Assembly (NCBI GenBank): GCA_040756235.1
Contig: JBFLZG010000126.1
Coordinates: 96,001 to 160,000 of the forward strand
Direction of reading: 5' to 3'
Origin: a bacterium
Lineage (GTDB): Bacteria > Desulfobacterota > DSWW01
DNA: 64,000 nt
Under the pieces are notes generated by a model. That model made no database searches. It saw nothing but the letters and a program-made list of their open reading frames with translations, and was not told where the DNA came from. The position numbers were made by a program, and so were the translations under genes. Below, one piece after another: positions 9,106 through 19,208 of the stretch. The stretch's first letter is position 1; each line of letters opens with the position of its first letter.

Positions 9106-10192
9106 CTACTTGGACCTCAGGTAGGCCTCCATGAACGGATTGAGCTCGCCGTCCAGGACCGCGTCCACGTTGCCCATTTCAAACTGCGTCCGGTGGTCCT
9201 TGACGAGGCGGTACGGCTGGAGCACGTAGGAGCGGATCTGGCTGCCCCAGGCGATCTCCTTCTGATCCCGGTAGATCGCGTCCTGCTTCTTCTCCTGCTC
9301 CTGCCTGCGGATCTCGAGCAGGCGGGCGCGCAGGATCTTCAGGGCGCGCGAACGGTTCTTGTGCTGGGAGCGCTCGTTCTGGCACTGCACGACGATGCCG
9401 GTCGGCAGGTGGGTGAGCCGGACCGCCGAGTCGGTCTTGTTGACGTGCTGGCCGCCGGCGCCTCCGGCGCGGAACGTCTCGACCTTCAGGTCGTCGTCCT
9501 TGATATCGATCTCCTCCTCCTCGTCGGGCTCCGGGTAAACGAATACGGCGGCAAAGGAGGTATGCCGGCGCCCTCCGGCATCGAACGGGCTGATCCGGAC
9601 CAGACGGTGGATGCCGATCTCCGATCGCAGATGGCCGTAGGCATAGGAGCCCTTCACGAGGACCGTGACGCTCTTGATCCCGGCTTCCTCACCCGGCAGG
9701 ATGTCGTACAGCTCGGTGGTCATGCCGCTTTTCTCGGCCCACTTCGTATACATTCTCAGCAGCATCTCGGCCCAGTCCATCGCTTCGGTGCCGCCGGCGC
9801 CGGCGTGGATGACCAGGAAGGCGTTGCTGATGTCGTCGGGACGGTTCAGGGTGAGCTCGAATTCGAAGGCCTGCAACCGTGCGAGGACCCTCTGGTAGCG
9901 CTGGGCCGCCTCCTCGAGCATCTCCGGATCACCGGCTTCTTCCCCCAGCTCCTTGCCGGCCGCGGCCTCCTCGAGCTCGGACTGGAGCTCGCCCCAGAGG
10001 TCCACCGGCCGCTGGATAGCGGTCCGCTCCTTGAGAGTGGCTTGAGCCTCTTTCGGGTTGTCCCAGAAATCGGAGCGGCAGATTCTCTCCTCCAAGCGGG
10101 CCAGCTCCCCTTTCCTCTTCTCCAAGTCAAAGACGGCCCCGTAGCCGTTGGGATATGGTGCTGACCTCGGATTCCAGCATGCGTAGGTCCAT
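9106..10192 (-). CDS. prfB: Peptide chain release factor 2 (programmed +1 frameshift)
   Basis: ATG 10192 with GAGGAGGAG upstream encodes [21 protein letters not shown], ending at CTT TGA C (10126-10132). The +1 frame continues with SPF and GGQ motifs. Confidence 0.96.
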
Positions 10193-10259
10193 GGCCTTTC
10201 TCCTCCTCGGGGACCGGGCCTCTCGGGCCAGGCCCTGAAACAAAAATCTTCAGTGTTGT

Positions 10260-10814
10260 CTAGAGAGTACCGGAGAGGTCTTTGCTCTTCAAGAGTGCGC
10301 GCAGGATCCCCCGCTCCTTGCGGCGCATGCGCAGAGCCTCGGCACGGGCCCCGGTGTGGTCGAAGCCGAGGAGGTGGAGGAGGCCGTGCACGAGGAGCAG
10401 GTCGAGCTCCTGAGGCAAAGGGATGCCCCGTTCCCGCGCCTGGCGTTCCGCCGTCTGGACGCCGATCACGACGTCTCCGAGCAGGACATCCGGGAGCGCG
10501 GCGTCCCTGGTAGTGTGCCGGCGGGCGGCACCCTCCATCTGCGGGAAGGCGAGCACGTCCGTTGGGCGGTCTTTGCCCCGGTAGACACGGTTGAGATCGC
10601 GCATGCGCTGGTCGGCGACCAGAAGCACAGTGAGCTCGGCGGAGCCGAGCCCCATGAGGTCGAGGGCGGCTCCGGCGACTTCGCGCAGCCGACGAGAGTC
10701 TACCGCCAACTGGCGCTGCCGGTTGAGGACGGTCACGCGGGCCTGCCCGCCCGCGGGTGCCTCAGGACTCCGACTTCTTCGTCTTGGACTTGTCGGCGCG
10801 GTCATAGGCCGCAA
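10260..10814 (-). CDS. ybeY: rRNA maturation endoribonuclease YbeY (start uncertain, probably nearer 10740-10770)
   Basis: [23 protein letters not shown] and [11 protein letters not shown] motifs. Confidence 0.9.
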   Translation of the reverse strand: MRPMTAPTSPRRRSRSPEAPAGGQARVTVLNRQRQLAVDSRRLREVAGAALDLMGLGSAELTVLLVADQRMRDLNRVYRGKDRPTDVLAFPQMEGAARRHTTRDAALPDVLLGDVVIGVQTAERQARERGIPLPQELDLLLVHGLLHLLGFDHTGARAEALRMRRKERGILRALLKSKDLSGTL

Positions 10815-11742
10815 TGATCTCCTGAACCAGCCGGTGTCGGACGACGTCCTCCTCGGAGAAGTACTGAAAAGAAATCCCCTTGACGCCCTTGAGGATGCGC
10901 TGGACCTCGATGAGCCCGGAGACCTTGTCGGGCGGAAGGTCGATCTGCGTGACGTCTCCGGTGATGACGGCCTTGGAATGGAGTCCCAGACGGGTGAGAA
11001 ACATCTTCATCTGCTCCGAGGTGCTGTTCTGCGCCTCGTCCAGGATCACGAAACTGTCGTTGAGCGTGCGGCCCCGCATGAAAGCCAGCGGGGCAACCTC
11101 GATCTCGCCGGTATCCACCATCTTGGCCGCTCGATCGTAGTCCATCATGTCGTGCAGGGCGTCGTAGAGCGGGCGGAGGTAGGGGTTCACCTTCTCGAAG
11201 AGAGTCCCGGGCAGGAACCCGAGCTTTTCGCCCGCCTCCACCGCAGGCCGGGCGAGCACGATCCGCATGACCTCCCGCCGCATCAGGGCCGAGACGGCCA
11301 TGGCCATGGCCAGAAAAGTCTTCCCGGTGCCGGCCGGGCCGATCCCGAAGACGATGTCGTAGTTGCGGATGGCGTCGATGTACTCTTTTTGACCCAGGCT
11401 CTTGGGCGTGATGCGGCGCTTGGTCGGTGACAGGAACACGACGTCCAGAAAAACGTCGTTGAGATTGACGGAAGGATGCCGCTTGAGCATCCGGGCTGCG
11501 CAGTCCACGTCCACCGGGTGGATGGGGACCCCCCGCTGCAGGATCTGATAGAGCCCCTCCAGCATCCGGTAGGCCAGCTCGACCGCCGTTTCCTCTCCCT
11601 GGATCCGGACCGAGGTCCCCCGCGAGAGGATGGTGACCCCGAGTATTTTTTCGATCCGCCTGAGGTTTTCCTCCTGGGTCCCGAACAGATTCTGGACTCT
11701 TCCCGGATCTTCGAAACCGACCTCAAATGCCTTGTCCTTCAT
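10762..11742 (-). CDS. phoH: PhoH-family ATPase
   Basis: GPAGTGKT, RPAVEAGEKLGFLPG, MRGRTL, DEAQN and GDVTQIDL motifs. Confidence 0.93.
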   Translation of the reverse strand: MKDKAFEVGFEDPGRVQNLFGTQEENLRRIEKILGVTILSRGTSVRIQGEETAVELAYRMLEGLYQILQRGVPIHPVDVDCAARMLKRHPSVNLNDVFLDVVFLSPTKRRITPKSLGQKEYIDAIRNYDIVFGIGPAGTGKTFLAMAMAVSALMRREVMRIVLARPAVEAGEKLGFLPGTLFEKVNPYLRPLYDALHDMMDYDRAAKMVDTGEIEVAPLAFMRGRTLNDSFVILDEAQNSTSEQMKMFLTRLGLHSKAVITGDVTQIDLPPDKVSGLIEVQRILKGVKGISFQYFSEEDVVRHRLVQEIIAAYDRADKSKTKKSES

Positions 11743-11768
11743 GGAGCTCCTTCACGTGAGATCAGCCC

Positions 11769-12965
11769 CTAGTAGGCCGGAGCGACGTGCAACCGATAGC
11801 TCTGCGGCGTCTCCAGGATGTAGGAGAACTGATTTGGGCCCATGGCTTCCAGCTCCTCGGGATAGAGTAGCCTGGCGCGGACCAAATCCGCCAGCCCCCC
11901 CGGATATTCCCCCTGCTCGGCGCGGTAGATCTCGAGCGTCTCGAGGATCTTGCGCCGTCGTTGATCGTTGATCAGGCGACAGAGAGATTTCCCCCCCTGC
12001 TGGAGCTCGCCTCTGAGCCCGGTCTCTCCGGCGTGCTCCCGCAGGGCAGGCGAGGAAAGCAGGGCCCCCGCGAGAAACGTGAACAGGAACAGGCTCACGC
12101 ACCAGGCTCCGATCCTTGCAGCCAGTCTGCCCCGGGTCTGGATTGGCGCGGCCGGAAACGGGGAGGCCAGCTGGACCAGTCCCCGGTCCACAAGCGACAG
12201 GAGCGCCTTGCAGGTGCCGTACTCTCCCAGAGCGGCAAGGCCGATCAGTGTCTCGATGCTCCGCTTGCCGTCGATGCATCGATAGAGGACCTTCTCGGCT
12301 GTGGAGAGGGAAGCGTCGGATTCCGGGTCGAACGCGTCCTCGCCCGCCGAGGCGGGTCTGCGCCTGCGGCCCCGGTGAAACAAGGCCCATTTCGATTTCA
12401 AGGACGGCGCGTCGAGACCACCCGGCGCGAATCTGCGCTCCGGGACGCCGCGAAAGGAGCCGACCCGCTTGCGCAGCATGGGCCACTCATCGACCCTGCG
12501 CAGCCCGTCCAGGACCAGGGGTTCGACACCGATCGGATCGACCAGCTCCAGCTCGGCAGAGAGCCGACGATCCGGATCAAAGGAGAAGCGTCCGCTCCTC
12601 AGCCGGAACAGAGGGTGAACGGATTCCTCGATCAGCCTGCGGAACAGGGTCTCGAGCTCCGCCGACTCCACGATCCCTTCGTGCTGCAGAATTTGCCGCA
12701 GGCTGCGCAGGTCCATCTGGCGGCGCCGGCCGATCCTGTCGGCGTCCGTCTCGGAGAGGGTCCCCAGGCGGCAGAGGGTCACCAGGACCTGCCGTACCTG
12801 ATCGGATCCGGCGGGCAGCACCCCGACGATCTTGCCCGACCGGAAGAATACCTCCAGCGTGGCCTCGCCCGCGTCGACCTGCAGGCATCCGGACTTGGCT
12901 TGCTGTTCGAGGAACTGGAACAGCTCCGGGGCGCCGAACTCCCTGAAATCCCCCTGGAGGGGCAT
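11769..12965 (-). CDS. DUF4388 domain membrane protein with C-terminal pseudopilin-G-like segment
   Basis: N-terminal LQGDFREFGAPELFQFL..KSGCL (DUF4388/PatA-N pattern), GLRRVDEW, one TM helix, then LEIYRAEQGEYPGGLADLV. Confidence 0.75.
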   Translation of the reverse strand: MPLQGDFREFGAPELFQFLEQQAKSGCLQVDAGEATLEVFFRSGKIVGVLPAGSDQVRQVLVTLCRLGTLSETDADRIGRRRQMDLRSLRQILQHEGIVESAELETLFRRLIEESVHPLFRLRSGRFSFDPDRRLSAELELVDPIGVEPLVLDGLRRVDEWPMLRKRVGSFRGVPERRFAPGGLDAPSLKSKWALFHRGRRRRPASAGEDAFDPESDASLSTAEKVLYRCIDGKRSIETLIGLAALGEYGTCKALLSLVDRGLVQLASPFPAAPIQTRGRLAARIGAWCVSLFLFTFLAGALLSSPALREHAGETGLRGELQQGGKSLCRLINDQRRRKILETLEIYRAEQGEYPGGLADLVRARLLYPEELEAMGPNQFSYILETPQSYRLHVAPAY

Positions 12966-12968
12966 CCC

Positions 12969-15149
12969 TCATCTCCTTTGACGAAAACGCCGCAAACCTG
13001 CGTACTGCACGCCCAAGTAGGACGCGACGAAGAGAACGAGCAGAGCGCACCGGAAACCGCCGCCTCCTTGCGCCCAGCCCGAAGGTCCGGCGGGCAGCAC
13101 CCGCTCCCAGCAAAGCACGCCGAGCGCGCAGACAGAAAGCGCGAAAAAGACGACCATCCCCCGCGCGCGCTCCCTGGCGACCGCCCATCCGAAACCGGGC
13201 AGGACGGCGTTCCACAGCAGCGTGCTACGCAGCCTCTTGCGCTGGTATTGTGCCATGTACCGGACTTGTCTCTGCCGGTGCTCCTTGGGAATCTGCTCGC
13301 GCTGGTAGAGGACCTGATAGCAGGGATGGCAGATCTCCCGCGAAAGCGTGGCGGGCTGACACCGCGCGCACGAGATGCGGCCGCAGGATACGCACCGGTG
13401 GGCACGGCTCTTCATCCTCCCGGACAGGATGAGCAGGGCGTACAGGAAGCCCGTCCCGGCCGCGAGAAGAGGCATGGCGCGGACCGGAACGCGCGCGCCG
13501 GCCAGAAGCCAGAGATCGTCGGCCACGCGCGCCGTGGGCCGGCCACGGGCCAGCTGCAGCCACAGGGAGAGGCTCCCGGGCTCCTCGTCCATGAAGACTC
13601 GATTGGGCTGGAGCGACTGATTGTAGACGAAGAAGTCGACCCCCCGGGGATCGAGCCTCCTGGCGGCCTGGAACTCCGCGGCGCCTCTCAGGAAGGAGAA
13701 CTCCCGGCGCAGCGCCTGGCTCAGGTTGTAATGCGGTGAAGCCAGGTTGGCTGCGCTGGCGATGGCCTGCTCGTAGGCGTCCTTGGCTTCCTCCAGGCTG
13801 CCCCGGATGGCGAACAGGTTGCCGAGGTTGTTCCACAAGGCCCCGTGGCGCGGATGGACCTCCAGGGCGCGGCGCAAGAAGGCCTCGGCCTCGTCATAGC
13901 GTCCCTGCCGCTTGGCCACGAGCGCCGCCGTCCAGAGAAGGTCCGCGCTGTCGGGCTCCTCCCGCAAGGTTTCGTCCAAGGCGGACTGCGCCGCTGCATT
14001 CCAGTCGCCCTCGAGGCTCGCCTCGAGAGCCTGCACGGCGCCGGGCAGCGGCTGGAGAAAGCGTGTCGTCAGGTTCACGATCCAGGGCGAGAAGGCCCAT
14101 ACCGAAAGGAGGGCGAGGAAAACCATGCGCTCCCAGAGACGGGAGTGGATTCCCAGGGCGAACCCGACCAGGACCACGGCCCAGAAGGGGCCCAGCAGGA
14201 AGAAGGCGGCAACCAGCAACGCTGCTATCAAGGCCCCGACCGGCAGGAAGGCAACCTTCTCCATCCGCAGTCTCTCCCGCAGCGCGTGGGCGCCGACCGC
14301 TCCGTGCCGCATCAGCAGGTAGGGCCCCTGGAGCAGGAACAGCGCATAGAGGCTTGCCACCGCGAGCACGAACAGCTTGGCCGCAGTGCGGAACTGCCAG
14401 TCGAAGTCGAGCATGCGGTCTCGGAACGAAATCACCGCCCAGTAGAGCGACCTCGCGAAGCCTTGCCGCGAGTCCCGCCGGGCAAGGGAGGACAGGAAAA
14501 GAGAGGTCTGGGGGAGCCCGGGGGCCAGATTGCCGGCCGTTTCCCCGAAGAGCCCGGCCGTCGCCGGATCCCCCTCTTCGAGGCAACGATATGCCTCGCG
14601 CAGACAAAGAAGCGCGTAAAGAGGCGCGCACCGGAAGCCGCTGTCGAGCTTGGCTTCGTACAGCCGGTTCAGGGAATCCTGCAATCCCTCCGGGGAGCCG
14701 GACCGCGCGACCGCCCTGGCCTCTTCCCACTTGGGTTGAAGGAGGTCCTGCGGGTACCGATAAAGGACGGGTTTGAAGAGCCATGCGCTCCCCTCGGGTG
14801 CCGGCGCGGCAGCGTACGCCCCCTCTGCGGTGCGGGCGTCAAACGGTACGGGAGCCGATGGGTCGGGGGTCCAAAGGGAGTCCGGCGGGCCGGCTTCGGC
14901 AGCAGGCGCCAGGGTCTGGACGGGCGGGGGCGGGTTCGCGATGGGATCGGAAAAAGCCAGCACAGGCCCAAAAATGAGCGGCAGGAGTACAATCCTCAGC
15001 CTTTTCGCCTTGCCATGGGGCAGCAACGGACGAGGGGCTCCGATCCGAAATGGGGATGCCGAAAGGTGCCGCAGGCGGGTCGATGTTAGCAGGGGCCGCG
15101 AACTTTTGCAAGGCATGCGCTGCGGCGTTTTTCCCTTTGCCCTTGCCAT
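12969..15149 (-). CDS. Membrane TPR-repeat protein with C-terminal Cys-rich (Zn-finger-like) region; start uncertain
   Basis: Several TM helices, TPR motifs (ALWNNLGNLFAIRG..EAKDAYEQA) and CVSCGRISCARC...CHPC. Confidence 0.7.
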   Translation of the reverse strand: MARAKGKTPQRMPCKSSRPLLTSTRLRHLSASPFRIGAPRPLLPHGKAKRLRIVLLPLIFGPVLAFSDPIANPPPPVQTLAPAAEAGPPDSLWTPDPSAPVPFDARTAEGAYAAAPAPEGSAWLFKPVLYRYPQDLLQPKWEEARAVARSGSPEGLQDSLNRLYEAKLDSGFRCAPLYALLCLREAYRCLEEGDPATAGLFGETAGNLAPGLPQTSLFLSSLARRDSRQGFARSLYWAVISFRDRMLDFDWQFRTAAKLFVLAVASLYALFLLQGPYLLMRHGAVGAHALRERLRMEKVAFLPVGALIAALLVAAFFLLGPFWAVVLVGFALGIHSRLWERMVFLALLSVWAFSPWIVNLTTRFLQPLPGAVQALEASLEGDWNAAAQSALDETLREEPDSADLLWTAALVAKRQGRYDEAEAFLRRALEVHPRHGALWNNLGNLFAIRGSLEEAKDAYEQAIASAANLASPHYNLSQALRREFSFLRGAAEFQAARRLDPRGVDFFVYNQSLQPNRVFMDEEPGSLSLWLQLARGRPTARVADDLWLLAGARVPVRAMPLLAAGTGFLYALLILSGRMKSRAHRCVSCGRISCARCQPATLSREICHPCYQVLYQREQIPKEHRQRQVRYMAQYQRKRLRSTLLWNAVLPGFGWAVARERARGMVVFFALSVCALGVLCWERVLPAGPSGWAQGGGGFRCALLVLFVASYLGVQYAGLRRFRQRR

Positions 15150-15234
15150 GGATGCGCGAAACCCTTAATGTTCTTCTTTGTCCCAGGAAGACTGGGAAAA
15201 GCTACCCTGCTGCAGGATCGGAGGTTCTCTTCCC

Positions 15235-16023
15235 ATGGAAAGCAAGAGCGACACCCTATCGTTACGCCCCCTGCAAGATCTGGTCCGGAGGCTCCGGGCG
15301 CCTGGGGGATGTCCCTGGGACCGGGCACAGAGCATGGGGGATCTCAAACAATATCTGCTGGAGGAGTGCTACGAGCTCCTGGAGGCCATGGATGAACCTC
15401 GGAGCGACGAGCTGCTGGAGGAGCTGGGCGATCTGCTGTTCCAGATCGTGTTCGTGGCCGAGCTGGCGGAGGAGGCCGGACGATTCCGCTTCCAGGAGGT
15501 GCTCGAAGGCATTCACGAGAAGATGGTGAGGCGCCATCCCCACGTCTTCGGTGAGAGCGCTGCTGCGGACGTCGACGCCGTGAAGAGGAACTGGTTGCGC
15601 ATCAAGCAGCAGGAGGGCGGCGGCGCCGGGGGGGGCCTGCTGGACAGTATCCCGCACGCCCTGCCGGCGTTGCAGAAAGCTTATCGGATGGGGCAGCGGG
15701 CCGCGCAGGTCGGGTTCGACTGGGAGAGCCCCGCAGCGGTCCTGGAAAAGGTGAAGGAGGAAATCCGGGAGATCGAAGGGGCGCTGCAAGACCGTGATCC
15801 TTCCAAGATCCGGGAAGAGCTGGGAGATGCCTTGTTTGCACTTGCCCAGCTGGCACGCTCCTTGAGGCAGAATCCCGAGGAATCCCTCCAGAAGAGCAAT
15901 CGGAAGTTTCTGTCCCGGTTTCGGCTCCTCGAACAGAGGAGCCGCCGGGAATCCCGCCCCCTGAAGAGCCTCACGGGCGAGGAAATGGACGCGTGGTGGG
16001 AAGCGCTCAAGCGGGAATCTTGA
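15235..16023 (+). CDS. mazG: Nucleoside triphosphate pyrophosphohydrolase MazG
   Basis: LRAPGGCPWDRAQS, EELGDLLFQ, RRHPHVFG and second EELGD motif. ATG 15235 has GGAGG upstream. Confidence 0.95.
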   Translation: MESKSDTLSLRPLQDLVRRLRAPGGCPWDRAQSMGDLKQYLLEECYELLEAMDEPRSDELLEELGDLLFQIVFVAELAEEAGRFRFQEVLEGIHEKMVRRHPHVFGESAAADVDAVKRNWLRIKQQEGGGAGGGLLDSIPHALPALQKAYRMGQRAAQVGFDWESPAAVLEKVKEEIREIEGALQDRDPSKIREELGDALFALAQLARSLRQNPEESLQKSNRKFLSRFRLLEQRSRRESRPLKSLTGEEMDAWWEALKRES

Positions 16024-16026
16024 GAG

Positions 16027-17613
16027 TCAGTCGGGCGATTGCGCTCCCCCCGGGCTCAGCCACCGGCCGAGAGCGCCCTTGGCCGTGCGCAGTTCCTGCA
16101 CCGAGAGAGCGTGGCAAGCCCCGAAATAGCTCGCCCCCCCGACCGTGACCCAGGAGCCCAGAAGCAGGCATTGCCGGAGAAAGGGCTTGCCTTCGATCCC
16201 GCCGGTGAGGGCGGTCGCGCCCCAGAGGATGGCCGCCATGATCAGGCTCGCCAGGAGCATCTTGATACCTGACTCGCGGACCCAGTCGAGCCCCCAGACG
16301 CCGATCCGGCGGCGAAGATAAAAAAAGAGCAGGAAGGCGTTCAGCATCGACGCGATCGAGCTCGCGAGGGCCAGGCCCGCGTGCAGCATGGGGCCCATCA
16401 GCGCCAGGCTGATAGCCACGTTGGCCAGGACGGAGGCGAAGGAGATCTTGACCGGCGTTGCCGTGTCCTGGAACGAATAGAAGCCTGCCGTCAGGATCCG
16501 GGAAACCGCCACGGACCACATCCCCAGGGAGTAATAGAGGAGGGCCGAGGCCGTCTTCGAAGCGGACCCGGGGTCGAATTCGCCTCGTTGAAGGAGAACC
16601 TGAACGATCGGCATCCCCAGCATCATGAGGCCCACCGTGGCCGGCAGGGTGATGAAGGTCACGAGCCTCAGGCTCTCCTCGAGGGTGCGCCGGAAGCGCA
16701 TCGAGTCCCCCCGAGAGCTCTGCCGGCTCAGGGCAGGGAAGGCTGCCGTGGCCAGGGCCATGCCGAAGACCCCCAGCGGGAACTCCAGAAGCCTTCCCGC
16801 GTACCAGAGGTACGAGATGCTGCCCGCGGGGAGAAAAGAGGCGAAAATATTGCTCACCACCACGTTCAGCTGGTAGACCGCGGCCCCGAAAGCGGCTGGC
16901 AGGAAGAGCCTGCCGATGCGGTTGACGGCCGGATCGCTGAGGGAGAGAACCGGTCTGAAGCGGACCTTGCGGCGGACGAGAGGCGGGATCTGTAGGCCGA
17001 GCTGGAGAACACCCCCGGCCAGGACGCCGACCGCGAGCCCGTGCACGGGGGTCGCAAAGCAGCCGTTCAGGAGGCCGGCTCCGGCGATCATGGCGACGTT
17101 AAGCAGGACCGGTGCGGCGGCAGGAGCAGCAAAGTGCCCCCTGGCGTTCAGGACTCCCATGCAGAGGGCGACCAGGGAAATGAAGAAGACATAGGGGAAC
17201 ATGATCCGGTTGAGGGAGACGGCCAGATCGAACCTGCCCGGGTCCGGAAGAAAGCCGGGAGCGAAGACCCGGATCATCCAGGGTGAGAACATCACGCCTG
17301 CCAGGGTGATGAGCGCAAGCAAGAGGGACAGAAGCGTGAAGGTGACCTGGACGATCCGGTCCGCCTCTGCCGGCGTGCGCCTCTCGAGGCAATCGGTGTA
17401 GACCGGCAGAAAGGATGCCGTAAGGGCCCCCTCCGCCACGAGCCGCCTGAGCAGATTCGGGATCCGGAACGCGACGAAAAAGGCGTCGGCCTGCGGCCCG
17501 GAGCCGAAGGCGTACGCGACCACCATGTCGCGCGCCAATCCCAGGATCCGGCTCAGCAGCGTGAAGAAGGCCACGACGCCCGCCGAACGTGCGAGCGTCG
17601 GGCTCTGGGGCAT
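16027..17613 (-). CDS. murJ: Lipid II flippase MurJ/MviN
   Basis: SRILGLARD, AFRIPNLLRRLVAEGAL and RLLEFPLGVFG motifs. ATG 17613 chosen for its GAGGA RBS. Confidence 0.95.
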   Translation of the reverse strand: MPQSPTLARSAGVVAFFTLLSRILGLARDMVVAYAFGSGPQADAFFVAFRIPNLLRRLVAEGALTASFLPVYTDCLERRTPAEADRIVQVTFTLLSLLLALITLAGVMFSPWMIRVFAPGFLPDPGRFDLAVSLNRIMFPYVFFISLVALCMGVLNARGHFAAPAAAPVLLNVAMIAGAGLLNGCFATPVHGLAVGVLAGGVLQLGLQIPPLVRRKVRFRPVLSLSDPAVNRIGRLFLPAAFGAAVYQLNVVVSNIFASFLPAGSISYLWYAGRLLEFPLGVFGMALATAAFPALSRQSSRGDSMRFRRTLEESLRLVTFITLPATVGLMMLGMPIVQVLLQRGEFDPGSASKTASALLYYSLGMWSVAVSRILTAGFYSFQDTATPVKISFASVLANVAISLALMGPMLHAGLALASSIASMLNAFLLFFYLRRRIGVWGLDWVRESGIKMLLASLIMAAILWGATALTGGIEGKPFLRQCLLLGSWVTVGGASYFGACHALSVQELRTAKGALGRWLSPGGAQSPD

Positions 17614-17757
17614 CTGCGGTTCCTCGTGGCCTTCCTGCGGGGGCTTCCGGTTGGCCTTCATCTCCTGCGTTGCGCTCACTGTTGGTCACAGAGGAGAGAG
17701 AAGCGGCGAGGAAACCCCCTCCGCTCTCAGAGGTGGGCTTTCTTGGGGCCGCCGAGC

Positions 17758-17787
17758 AACATAACAGCGGGGTGGGAGCACGGTCAA
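17758..17787 (-). promoter_or_regulatory. Putative sigma70 promoter for murJ
   Basis: TTGACC, 18 bp spacer, extended TG-n-TATGTT on the minus strand. Confidence 0.5.
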
Positions 17788-17910
17788 GGCGACCGCCCGC
17801 GTTGACCGCCGGCAGGCCGTTCGGTAGCATCCGGTCAAGTCTCCATCCGACCGGCGAGCGGCCGCCGGGCCCGGATCCGCGCTCGACGAAGGGCGCGCCC
17901 TCGGAGGAAC

Positions 17911-18717
17911 ATGAAACCGATATCGGTGCTCATCCTTGCGCGCAACGAGGAGCCCTACATCGAGCGATTCCTGCAGAAGCATGCGTGGGCGGATGAGCTC
18001 GTCGTCGTGGACACCGGCTCTACCGACCGAACGGCCGAGCTTGCCCGCAAACACACGCCGAGCGTATATCGAGTGGAGATGGCCCACGGGTTTGCCTGGG
18101 TGCGCAATTTCGGAACCGAGAGGGCCAGGCACGACTGGATCCTGAAGCTCGACGTGGACGAGGAGATCTCGGAGCCTCTGCACCGGGAAATCTCCGAGGC
18201 CCTTGCCCGAGACGAGGGAATCGACGCCTACTCCGCAGTGGACCGGATCTATTTCAACGGCAAGTGGATCCGGGGGTGCGGCTGGTACCCGCGCCATCAG
18301 ATCCGGCTCTTCGACAGGAGAAAGGGCCGGTGGGAGGGTATCGTACACGAATTTCCGGCCATCCCGGGCCCGGTGAAACGGTTCCGGCACCACGTAGACC
18401 ACTACAGTTACCGCGACATCCCACACTATTTCGAGAAGTTCAACCTGTACACCAGCCTCGATGCCCGGAAGCTCCGGGAGCAGGGCTTTCGACTCGGCGC
18501 TTGGCGTCTTCCGGAGTGCCTGATGGGACGTCCCCTGGCTTTCTTCCTGAAAGCCTACCTGCTCCGGCGGGGCTTTGCGGATGGATTCTACGGGCTGGTG
18601 GTGAGCGCGTTCTCGTCCTTCTACGTCTTTGTAAAGTACGCGAAGCTCTATGAGCTGCAGAAGCTCGAAAGCCGGTCTCCGGCGGCCGGCTTTCCGGCAT
18701 CCCCTCCGCACGCCTGA
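17911..18717 (+). CDS. GT2 glycosyltransferase, WaaE/KdtX-like (LPS beta-1,4-glucosyltransferase family)
   Basis: ISVLILARNEE, VVDTGSTDRT, LDVDE, VHE and GFADGFYGL motifs. Confidence 0.85.
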   Translation: MKPISVLILARNEEPYIERFLQKHAWADELVVVDTGSTDRTAELARKHTPSVYRVEMAHGFAWVRNFGTERARHDWILKLDVDEEISEPLHREISEALARDEGIDAYSAVDRIYFNGKWIRGCGWYPRHQIRLFDRRKGRWEGIVHEFPAIPGPVKRFRHHVDHYSYRDIPHYFEKFNLYTSLDARKLREQGFRLGAWRLPECLMGRPLAFFLKAYLLRRGFADGFYGLVVSAFSSFYVFVKYAKLYELQKLESRSPAAGFPASPPHA

Positions 18718-18775
18718 GGAGCCGGCACAGAGCCTGCGCCGAACGCACCGGCTCGTCACAGGTGCCCGTTCCGGC

Positions 18776-18803
18776 TTGACTAATTCCTGCGATCCGCTAA
18801 ACT
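18776..18803 (+). promoter_or_regulatory. Putative sigma70 promoter for rpsT
   Basis: TTGACT, 16 bp spacer, TAAACT, about 30 bp upstream of the AGGAGG/TTG start. Confidence 0.55.
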
Positions 18804-18835
18804 GAGAAACCAAACTCAAAGGCTCAGGAGGCGCT

Positions 18836-19126
18836 TTGGCACACCACAAATCAGCGAAGAAGAGAATCCGGCAGAACGAAAAGAGAAGAGTGCGCAATCG
18901 TCAGAACCGTTCCACGCTGCGCACGGCCATCAAGAAGGTCGAGCAATCCATCGAGGACGGAAACGCCGAGCAGGCCGGGACTTCTCTCAAGCAAGCGGTC
19001 CCTCTGCTGGACAAGGCGGTCACCAAGGGCCTGATCCACCGGAACAACGCCTCGAGGCGGATCTCGCGAATCACGCGCAAGGTGCGTTCGCTCTTCACTC
19101 CGGAGAAGTCACCTCCCGCCGCGTAG
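18836..19126 (+). CDS. rpsT: 30S ribosomal protein S20
   Basis: MAHHKSAKKRIRQNEKRRVRNR...KGLIHRNNASRRISR; TTG start. Confidence 0.97.
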   Translation: MAHHKSAKKRIRQNEKRRVRNRQNRSTLRTAIKKVEQSIEDGNAEQAGTSLKQAVPLLDKAVTKGLIHRNNASRRISRITRKVRSLFTPEKSPPAA

Positions 19127-19208
19127 CTTGGCCCGTAAGCTGCCCTTCATCCACAAAGCGAAGAACAGCGGGTGCCGACTCCTGCGAAGTAGGCGCTGTG
19201 TTCTCCTT

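Noticed and set aside
8603..9134. Small ORFs in the lysS-prfB intergenic region
   Set aside because: They have no motifs and run through REP palindromes.
9106..10192. prfB as a frameshifted pseudogene or sequencing error
   Set aside because: The break is exactly the conserved CTT-TGA-C programmed frameshift site.
17680..17751. TPP riboswitch suggested by a CTGAGA motif in the murJ leader
   Set aside because: The other conserved TPP elements are not present and the downstream gene is unrelated to thiamine.
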